From assembly GCA_023717565.1 (NCBI GenBank), contig JAMQPI010000675.1, positions 658 to 64,657 of the forward strand: a stretch of DNA of 64,000 nt, given 5' to 3'. This document shows positions 56,675-64,000 of this stretch, piece by piece. The notes beneath the pieces are model-generated. The model saw only the letters and a list, made by a program, of their open reading frames with translations, was not told where the DNA came from and searched no databases. The DNA comes from Pyrinomonadaceae bacterium (GTDB taxonomy: Bacteria; Acidobacteriota; Blastocatellia; Pyrinomonadales; Pyrinomonadaceae). Made by a program: the position numbers and the translations under genes. How positions within the stretch are numbered: the stretch's first letter is position 1; each line of letters begins with the position of its first letter.

Positions 56675-57547
56675 TTATACGATGTCCGCAAACGTTTTTT
56701 CCATCCTCCGGAAGTAGAACGCGCCACTGACAAGAATCAAAATAGCCACTCCGGCGGAAACGAGAACGATCGGACCGGGAAAGGACTTAGTTCCTAATAA
56801 CGCCCAGCGGAAACCATCGACCACGCCAACCATGGGGTTAAGCCCGTAAAGCGTGCGCCAGGGCTCGGCGAGCAGGCTGCTTGGATAGGCAATGGGTGTC
56901 GCGAATAACCAGAACTGCGTGATGAAGGGCACAATGTAACGGACGTCCCGGTATTTAACGTTCAAACTGGAAAGCCATAATCCGACCCCGAGCGACGTAA
57001 TCAGAGCTAACAAGAGGAACACCGGGAGCCAGAGAATGTTTATTGTCGGCACCATCCGGTAATAGAACATCATCCCAATCAGCACGACTAAGGCCAAAAC
57101 AAAGTCCACGACCCCGGAGAGTACAGTTGCCAGTGGAATCACAAGTCGCGGGAAATAGACCTTGGTGATCAGATTGGAGCTTCCAACCAGACTGTTGGAT
57201 GATTGGGTTAATCCAGATGCGAAAAATGTCCAAGGGACCAGAGCTGCATAGCTAAAAATCGGATATGGAATACCGTCAGACGGCATCTTCGCAAGTTTGC
57301 CGAAAAACAGACTGAACACCACCATTGTGGAGAACGGTTGAATGATGGCCCAGGCCGCTCCCAGAGCAGTTTGCTTGTATCGAACTTTGATATCCCGCCA
57401 GATGAGGAAGTAAAGTAGTTCGCGATAGGCCCACAGCTCGCCCAGTTTAAGCGAAACCCACCCGCGCGACGCCTTGATGTGGAGCACTTGGGTGGCGCTT
57501 TTACTGGTAATTTTCGACTGACTAGATGTTTCAGTTATCGCTGACAT
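56675..57547 (-). CDS. wzm: Polysaccharide ABC-2 permease Wzm
   Basis: YRELL..L.WRDIKVRYKQT.LG, KVYFPR, YRDV, LNPM; AGGAG RBS before ATG 57547. Confidence 0.92.
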   Translation of the reverse strand: MSAITETSSQSKITSKSATQVLHIKASRGWVSLKLGELWAYRELLYFLIWRDIKVRYKQTALGAAWAIIQPFSTMVVFSLFFGKLAKMPSDGIPYPIFSYAALVPWTFFASGLTQSSNSLVGSSNLITKVYFPRLVIPLATVLSGVVDFVLALVVLIGMMFYYRMVPTINILWLPVFLLLALITSLGVGLWLSSLNVKYRDVRYIVPFITQFWLFATPIAYPSSLLAEPWRTLYGLNPMVGVVDGFRWALLGTKSFPGPIVLVSAGVAILILVSGAFYFRRMEKTFADIV

Positions 57548-58865
57548 GCTGCTCCTGGGAAACACTGGAATGTGGGGTCTGGTCTTCTGAGATGTGAACC
57601 AGCGCGAAGTCATCAAGCCAGAGGACTCCGAAGATCGGACAGGGCTGCTCCTGGCAACGTTGACGCTGAATGCCTATACGCACTGCCCGGGTGGCGTTGG
57701 TTGTCGTAAAGTCTGCGCGAATGTTTTGCCAATCACTTGTGCCGAGCGGCAGTGTGGACGACTGCGCTAATCTTTGACTATCCGATTGACTGGCGTCGGT
57801 CACTGTGACTACTGGTGCTCCACTGGTCACAAGCTCCTGAGCGCGCGTAACCAGGTTCAATTGATATCGTGTATTCGGCTCGACCAGTACGAGTTGCGAC
57901 ACCACCTCCTCCGAGGTGTCCGGAGTGCCATGCCAGTCGATGCGCAAGCTGCGAGCTCCCTCCCGATGAATGCCCTGGTCCATCGAGAGCTTTGTTCCGC
58001 GAATCTCGTTTACTCTCCATGAGAAGCCGGGTTCGTCTGAAAGGCGTCCCGTCTCAAAGCCACCATCATCAACCGAACCGGCAATTGGGACGCCCGAATC
58101 CCCTTGGCGCATGCCAACCCAGAGCTCGTGAGCTTCGGTAAACTTCTTCGCTTCCAGGAACTCAATGACAAATTGGCGTCGCTCGGGATATCGCAACCTA
58201 TTTACCAGTCGAATGAGACTTAATGCCTCAGTCGCCTTGCCGTTCCGCACGAAGAAGTGAGCCACAGCCAGCGTCTCCTGAGGCGTTCGTGGATCGACTG
58301 CACGTTGGACGGCCTCACAATTCCCGGAGTAGGCTTCCCATGCTATTTCAATCACCTTCGTGAACAGCCTCGGCTCGGTCAAGGTAGCGCTTCGAAACTC
58401 CTTAAACGCTTCATCCCGCTGGCTGAGCTTTTGTAACAATTGCGCAGTGTTCCAATGAGGCTCTGCATAGAAGGGCGCGAGGGTTCGAGCCTCAGCCAAT
58501 GCTGCAAGGGCCACCTTGGTTTCACCCATTCTGTCCAGGCCAGTCCCGAGTTCAGCCCACAATCTGTAATCGAGGGGCCTCAGCGCAATCGAGCGTCGCA
58601 AATCCTCTAAAGCCAGGCCTAACTCCTCACGCTTGGTGAGACTGACGGCACGCGCTGCGTAAGCTTCAGGGTCGTGCGGGCTCAACCGCACCGCTTCAGA
58701 GGCGGCAGCGACCGACCCAGTTGACAGGCTATCGTTCACGAGCGAACGCGCTTGTCCAATACGCAAGGCACTCGAGATCCCGAAGACGCATCCGATTAAT
58801 CCGGCAAACATGAAGGCGAAACGAACCATTCGGCTTGAATCCCGATTACTGAAGCGCTTGTTCAT
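57531..58865 (-). CDS. Membrane-anchored TPR protein with C-terminal carbohydrate-binding-like beta-sandwich
   Basis: N-terminal TM, TPR-like helices (AVRLSPHDP, ALRPLDY, LAPFYA), DGGFE...F.W, SQLVLVEPNTRY, LWLDDF. Confidence 0.65.
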   Translation of the reverse strand: MNKRFSNRDSSRMVRFAFMFAGLIGCVFGISSALRIGQARSLVNDSLSTGSVAAASEAVRLSPHDPEAYAARAVSLTKREELGLALEDLRRSIALRPLDYRLWAELGTGLDRMGETKVALAALAEARTLAPFYAEPHWNTAQLLQKLSQRDEAFKEFRSATLTEPRLFTKVIEIAWEAYSGNCEAVQRAVDPRTPQETLAVAHFFVRNGKATEALSLIRLVNRLRYPERRQFVIEFLEAKKFTEAHELWVGMRQGDSGVPIAGSVDDGGFETGRLSDEPGFSWRVNEIRGTKLSMDQGIHREGARSLRIDWHGTPDTSEEVVSQLVLVEPNTRYQLNLVTRAQELVTSGAPVVTVTDASQSDSQRLAQSSTLPLGTSDWQNIRADFTTTNATRAVRIGIQRQRCQEQPCPIFGVLWLDDFALVHISEDQTPHSSVSQEQHVSDN

Positions 58866-58899
58866 TATTAATGTGGTCCGAGGAGACCTGGAGAAAGTC

Positions 58900-60339
58900 T
58901 TACGCCGGCTGCTGAATCTGTTCGTGTCTGCCCAGGCTCTGGCCATTACAGACCTTGACCGCCAACACAATAAGTGTGCAACAGACGAGGCTGTTGATTG
59001 TTATGTGCAGGCCAAAGTCGAAGAGACTGTGCACAGCCACGGCAAAAAGGCCTGTAAGTGCCCCACACCTTGCTGCTCGGGAGAAAGGAGACGCTCCTTG
59101 CAGCCGCTCACGTGCAACTCTTAAAAAGGACGCTACGAACCATAGGCCGAACGCTCCACCTATCACTCCACCACTAGCCAGCAGTTCGAGGTAATCATTG
59201 TGGGCTTGTTCCAAGTTCGCCTCACCTGAAGACTGAAGGTATCGCGAAATCGCCACTGAGTATCCCCCAAAGCCCACACCTAGAATCGGGTTATCCTTAA
59301 TCAGTTTCAGCGTTGCCTGCCAGATCTGTGGTCGAAGGACTTTTGGCGGCCCGGTTGTTTGGGTCTGGAATTCAGTGGGTGTCTTCTCGAGTCGGGAAAT
59401 CGTTTCGTCACCACCGATAATAATGACGCTGGCCACGACAGTCGCCAGCAGCAGGCAAACTAAAGCTGCGGTGGCGATCAATTGAGGGTTCCGCAATAAC
59501 CTTTTGGAAGAAAGACGATCCTGGCCAAAATCTCTGGAACGTGACCCGTTGCGCACGGTACTCATTAGAAGGAAGAAGAATGGCACTTCAACAACAAGGC
59601 TAAGCGCCCCGCCGCGCGAGTGAGTTAACAGAATAGACGCCCAGAGTACTACTCCCGTCGAAATATATAGGATAAGTCGTTTCTTGTACTTGCGGTCGCC
59701 AACGCTCAGGCCAAGTAATAAAGCGATGGCCATCTCGATGAGAAAGGCAAAGTGGTTGCGGTTTTCGAATTGGCCGTAGCTTCCGTCGGCTGAGAGCCGG
59801 TGCCTTGCCAAGTCCATCAAGGCTTGGGGCATTTGCGACCTGAAGATACCAAACAATGCGCTTGCCAGAGCAATGCCAACAACAAGGTAAATCATGCATC
59901 GCAATCGTTGCTCAGTTGAGGCATAGCGCAGGAGTAATCCGAGAGTAAGCGTAAGGGCTAAGAGCTTGTAGGCAAAGCGCCAAGTTTCGAAGGGGTCGGC
60001 GCTTATCGTACGGCCCACTTCCGTCCCTCCCAGGGCCACGCTTGCATCGTAGTTCCATATTGCGAGGCTTTGGACAATAGCGAGGATTATCAACGCTAGT
60101 AACGGCAGCAAGAGTCGATGTACTCTCACCCACCAAGTGTCTCGCAAAAACCCCTCGATTATCCACAGGATCGCGAAACCGAAGACCGCTGATTCAAAGA
60201 TCGACTCCCACCAAGGGTCAACCGTGCCAAAAGGCACAGCAGCTAACCCTATTAGGATCAGAACACCGTAAAAGATCGTTCCATCCAGCCAGCACCCGAT
60301 TCGCTGACGAAGGGGAGACTGGATCGTATTTGCCTGCAT
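58900..60339 (-). CDS. O-antigen ligase / Wzy family membrane protein
   Basis: G.F.NRNHFA, LTHSRGG, R..IW, PILGVGFGGY, AHNDYLE. Confidence 0.85.
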   Translation of the reverse strand: MQANTIQSPLRQRIGCWLDGTIFYGVLILIGLAAVPFGTVDPWWESIFESAVFGFAILWIIEGFLRDTWWVRVHRLLLPLLALIILAIVQSLAIWNYDASVALGGTEVGRTISADPFETWRFAYKLLALTLTLGLLLRYASTEQRLRCMIYLVVGIALASALFGIFRSQMPQALMDLARHRLSADGSYGQFENRNHFAFLIEMAIALLLGLSVGDRKYKKRLILYISTGVVLWASILLTHSRGGALSLVVEVPFFFLLMSTVRNGSRSRDFGQDRLSSKRLLRNPQLIATAALVCLLLATVVASVIIIGGDETISRLEKTPTEFQTQTTGPPKVLRPQIWQATLKLIKDNPILGVGFGGYSVAISRYLQSSGEANLEQAHNDYLELLASGGVIGGAFGLWFVASFLRVARERLQGASPFSRAARCGALTGLFAVAVHSLFDFGLHITINSLVCCTLIVLAVKVCNGQSLGRHEQIQQPA

Positions 60340-60411
60340 TCGACTTGCGAAAACATACGTAATTGTTGCAGCCAGACTTCTTGCCCTGTCCTGGAACAGC
60401 GGGGTCGAAAT

Positions 60412-62868
60412 TTAGCGATAGTAGTTTCGGTAGTATGAATAGTCGTTCGATCGAACATTGACTGCGTTCAGAACCACTCCAAGGATTGGAGCACCCACTC
60501 CGTCCAATGATTGCACCGAATACCGGGCAACCTGACGCGGACTCTTCGGTCCGCGGACAATCATCAAAACACCATCAACGAGCGACGAGATCAATACTGC
60601 ATCTGTAAAAAAGCTTATGGGCGGCGAATCGATAATGATGTGGGAAAAAGTAGACCTGAGCGTATGTACCAGCCGCCGCATGCTTTCCGACGCCAGCAAC
60701 TCAGCAGCGTTGTCCGTTGCCGGCCCAGCCGGGAGAACGTAGAGATTGCTACCATCATACTGCTCGATCATTGATAGGATCTCGGCTTCGGTCACGTCGC
60801 CGGATAGAATGGTGCTAAGACCCTGCGCGTTCTCGATTCCCAAAACCTCATGAATAGTCGGATGACGCAAGTCTCCATCAATCAATAGCACCTTGGCCCC
60901 GGTTTGGGAGATGACGAATCCCGTATTGATGACCACCGTGGTCTTCCCCTCTCCGGGCAAACTCGACGTCACCAGAAGGGTTGCGGGAGCACTGTTGCCA
61001 TTCGAATGCATGACCAAAGTTCGCAGTTTCTTATAAGACTCGGATAACGACGAAGACCCTTCCTCGTAAATCAGTAATCCAACATGCCCACGCGCGTTAC
61101 GCACCGATTTCTTCGGAGACTTTTTGCCAGGCTCAGGATTCGGTGTGGGAGTCTGCTCTCCCAGCAGTAGTCCTGGGCCTCCATGACTTTTCAGCTTTAG
61201 AACTTCCCGAAGTTGGCGCCGGCGTCGACTAGCGATGGGGATAACAGCAAGCGCCGATAGGCCAAACATCCTCTCAACCTTGTCGACGGAGTCAACTGAA
61301 ACGCTATCCTCAAGCGAACCCAGTAGAACAACCAATCCGACAGCAAATGCGAGAGAGAATGCAAATGCGAGGGCAACAAGCCTCGCCCGCTTGGGGCCGA
61401 CAGGCACTGCGGGGAGGGTTGCGTAATCCGTAACCTGCACATTGTTCGGCGTTGCTGCCAAAACTATTTCATTCTCTTTCGAGCGTTGCAGCAGACTATC
61501 AAGTAAACCCCTGTAGGTTGTCGTCTCCTGCTGGATCATTCGGTAGTCAATAGCAGCCGCGTTCTGGGTCATCGCCGAGTTGTGCTGTTGCTCAAACGCT
61601 TTTCGCAAGGATTGCTCCCGAGCCAGCGACTGACGGTAACGCGTTTCGAGGTTCGTGAGCACTACTCCGATGGCACGCTCACTAGTCTGTTTTAGTTGAT
61701 CCTCCAGATCACTGATCTGCTTATTGAGCTCTTTCACCTCTGGCCAGTTTTCTCCGACCTCGAGCAGCATGACAGCGCGTCGCTGCCGGGCGTCCGCCAA
61801 GCGGGCGTCGATTGCGGAAAGTTGCGCGTTGTTATTGCCTTCAACAATAGCGGCGGCGGCCCCAGGGGCGAGAGCGCCCTGGTACTCTGCTTCGGCCGCC
61901 TTACGAAGGTTCTCTGCCTCGAGCAATCCGCGGTCAAGCGCGGCTAGCCGATCTGATTCGATATCTCTTCCCGAATCGAGGGGAAAGATCTGATGGTCCC
62001 TGGCGTATTCAATTAACCGCCTTTCATTTTCCCCGATCTTAGACTGAAGCTCGGCTATACGCTTTTGCAGAAAGTCACTGGTAGATGAGGTTGATGCGGC
62101 GCGCCGCTCCCAATTGGCCTGTACGAAAGTGTCAGCAACAACGTTGGCGGCTCGGGCGGCTGAATTCGGATCGGAATGACTGAAGTTGATATTAATCAGC
62201 CGGCTGGTCTCGGTTAGCTTCACGTCAAGTCCGTTCCGAATAGCTGAAACATGCTTCGCTAATCTCTCAGCCTCGGCCATGTCGCCATCCGCGGATAGGG
62301 GAGCGATCGATCTCACCCTCAGAGGTTTGTTCGCGACCCCTTCTGACTGTGAGCGATCCCCGGCCAGACCTGCCATCCTCATAATATTGCTCCACGCCGA
62401 TTCTCGCCGGGAAGAGTCCCACACGAATGCGTTTGGCGCGGGCTCCATATCAAGGGTCTTGGCAACGCGCCTCAAAAATGCAGGACTCTTTAAGAGCAAT
62501 AACTGGGTGTTGAAATAGGAGGGGTCGTCGCCTGGGTTATTTATTACTACCGATCCGTTCTTAGAAGATCCGAGAGCCGCGTTGTTCTCCAGATTGACCT
62601 GTATCCTCGCTTCAGCTTCGTAAACGTCGACTTGGCGCGCAACATAGACTAGGGCCAGGGCCGTAGTGAGGAAGGTGATCGTCAGTACCAACCAAAGCCG
62701 TTGGCAAACCATGCCCCAGTAATCGCGCAAACCCAATACCTGCTCGTCGTCAAAGTCCGGATCATCATTGGCCGGAAACGATGAAGGAGGTGACTCTCGG
62801 TAGGGCACCAAAGCGCGTATTTCGCGCTCGTCGCTGCTAGCTTTGATCATATCTCCAGAACGCTTCAT
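60412..62868 (-). CDS. wzc: Wzc polysaccharide co-polymerase / tyrosine autokinase
   Basis: Two TM segments around a coiled coil; SSLPGEGKTT, LIDGDLRHP, IIIDSPP, C-terminal Tyr cluster YSYYRNYY. Confidence 0.92.
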   Translation of the reverse strand: MKRSGDMIKASSDEREIRALVPYRESPPSSFPANDDPDFDDEQVLGLRDYWGMVCQRLWLVLTITFLTTALALVYVARQVDVYEAEARIQVNLENNAALGSSKNGSVVINNPGDDPSYFNTQLLLLKSPAFLRRVAKTLDMEPAPNAFVWDSSRRESAWSNIMRMAGLAGDRSQSEGVANKPLRVRSIAPLSADGDMAEAERLAKHVSAIRNGLDVKLTETSRLININFSHSDPNSAARAANVVADTFVQANWERRAASTSSTSDFLQKRIAELQSKIGENERRLIEYARDHQIFPLDSGRDIESDRLAALDRGLLEAENLRKAAEAEYQGALAPGAAAAIVEGNNNAQLSAIDARLADARQRRAVMLLEVGENWPEVKELNKQISDLEDQLKQTSERAIGVVLTNLETRYRQSLAREQSLRKAFEQQHNSAMTQNAAAIDYRMIQQETTTYRGLLDSLLQRSKENEIVLAATPNNVQVTDYATLPAVPVGPKRARLVALAFAFSLAFAVGLVVLLGSLEDSVSVDSVDKVERMFGLSALAVIPIASRRRRQLREVLKLKSHGGPGLLLGEQTPTPNPEPGKKSPKKSVRNARGHVGLLIYEEGSSSLSESYKKLRTLVMHSNGNSAPATLLVTSSLPGEGKTTVVINTGFVISQTGAKVLLIDGDLRHPTIHEVLGIENAQGLSTILSGDVTEAEILSMIEQYDGSNLYVLPAGPATDNAAELLASESMRRLVHTLRSTFSHIIIDSPPISFFTDAVLISSLVDGVLMIVRGPKSPRQVARYSVQSLDGVGAPILGVVLNAVNVRSNDYSYYRNYYR

Positions 62869-62905
62869 GGGACCGATTCCTAATTTCTCTTTCGAACAGA
62901 ATGGC

Positions 62906-63979
62906 TTACGGTATGACTATGGGCAATCTTGTAGCCATGGGAATGATGGTCGAGGCCATTCCTCTTAAAATAGCTTGGAGACCAGTTTTGGTAGAGACTT
63001 CGACGATATCACCACCCTGCAGCAGGAAGCCTTCACCCTGGCTCTTGTCAGGCGCCTTCATATCAACCAGAAACTCCGTAGTTGCTGAGCTACCGGAAAT
63101 CTGCCGCGTGACGCGGATTTTGTCTCTTTTCGAGTTAGGAAGTGTTCCACCTACCATCGCTAACGCGCGGGCCAGAGTGATAGGCTCCACAATCGGAACC
63201 ACCGCCGGGCGCGCCACATTTCCGACAATGATTACTTCCTCCGCATCTGGGATGTTGATGATGTCTCCCTGATGCACGTAAAGACTCTTATCGTCACCGC
63301 CTCGTAAAAGTTCTTTCAGGTCATAAGTCAACACGCCATCGTCATCATCTGTTATGGAACTTTTTTTAGCGTTTGCCTTATCAGCACGTCCCTCGCAGGT
63401 GTCAGACGGGGAAGTGGACAGGATCTGAACTATGCGACCCGCTTTAGGAGAGGGGCCGCCAGCATGAAACACGAGCAATTCCAGCAGTCGTACTCGGCGA
63501 CGTAGCTGAAATCGGCCCGGGGAGTTGACGGCGCCCATAACCGCCACGGGCTGTGACTGATAGTCCTTAACGGAGACATAGACCATCGGGTTTTTCAACA
63601 ATTGGCCATCGCGGTAAAGGCGGGCAATCTCTTCTGCCAGTTCTTTCTCAGTTCGGCATGACGCCCGAATTTCACCCTCGATCAAGGGCATCGAGATCAT
63701 GCCCCGCATGTCTACCTGTTCTTCGCGTGAAAGTTGTGTTCTATTAAAAACTTGAACGGTAAGCAAATCCCCAGGTCCGATACGATATTGATCGTCACTC
63801 AACGATGATGTGACATGGACTTGAGGTTTCGTAGCACGAGCCGCAATCGGGGCAGGAATACTCTCGGCCGGTTGCTGAGCAAATGCCACCTGCAAACACC
63901 CGGCCAGCATCCCAGCCAGAATTGCCGGTACAGTAGCCCTACTCAGGAACGCACAACCAATGAAATATTTAGGATTCAT
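62906..63979 (-). CDS. wza: Polysaccharide export protein (Wza/Poly_export + SLBB)
   Basis: Signal peptide with LAGC, YRIGPGDLL, G.ISMPLI, V.GAV..PG, SLBB repeats. Confidence 0.85.
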   Translation of the reverse strand: MNPKYFIGCAFLSRATVPAILAGMLAGCLQVAFAQQPAESIPAPIAARATKPQVHVTSSLSDDQYRIGPGDLLTVQVFNRTQLSREEQVDMRGMISMPLIEGEIRASCRTEKELAEEIARLYRDGQLLKNPMVYVSVKDYQSQPVAVMGAVNSPGRFQLRRRVRLLELLVFHAGGPSPKAGRIVQILSTSPSDTCEGRADKANAKKSSITDDDDGVLTYDLKELLRGGDDKSLYVHQGDIINIPDAEEVIIVGNVARPAVVPIVEPITLARALAMVGGTLPNSKRDKIRVTRQISGSSATTEFLVDMKAPDKSQGEGFLLQGGDIVEVSTKTGLQAILRGMASTIIPMATRLPIVIP

Positions 63980-64000
63980 CTTGGCAACGAGATTGGTGAC

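Noticed and set aside
2071..63272. Numerous plus-strand ORFs of 60-270 aa (e.g. 6270-6959, 37167-37889, 54982-55785)
   Set aside because: Antisense shadows of well-supported minus-strand genes, with no recognisable motifs.
1..64000. rRNA, tRNA, CRISPR arrays, transposases, integrases, prophage
   Set aside because: None recognised; nearly all sequence is accounted for by coding genes and the intergenic gaps are under 300 bp.

Overview
About 62 kb of this window (2295-63979) is one co-directional, tightly packed minus-strand surface-polysaccharide locus; the style of the proteins suggests Acidobacteriota, which is my inference only. Export and polymerisation genes: Wza, Wzc, two Wzy/O-antigen-ligase-family proteins, one Wzm and two Wzt. 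Sugar biosynthesis: two nonulosonic-acid modules (two NeuB, two NeuA, NeuC, LegC, PtmE-like, a formyltransferase) and many glycosyltransferases. Tailoring enzymes: two AsnB amidotransferases, two 2OG-Fe(II) oxygenases, a PIG-L deacetylase, a pyruvyltransferase, an AAC(3)-DUF4910 fusion, a UbiA/GT-C pair and a CapK-like ligase. Embedded in the locus at 7744-15203, between the WbpL-like initiating transferase and the WbpM/PglF-like dehydratase, is a complete lasso-peptide cassette: B1, B2, C, precursor A1, HPr-like kinase, precursor A2, ABC transporter, nucleotidyltransferase. Precursor A1 (12194-12355, 53 aa) is missing from the supplied ORF track and was read by hand. Both cores have G1/D9 ring residues and a C-terminal Ser. 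The locus ends in an FkbH-carrier protein-thioesterase fusion which, with the AAC(3)-DUF4910 fusion, suggests a fused N-glyceroyl sugar-tailoring route. A 5'-truncated secreted-type PKD/beta-helix gene converges on the locus from the left. I saw no rRNA, tRNA, CRISPR or transposase. All calls come from motif recognition by eye; no searches were run.
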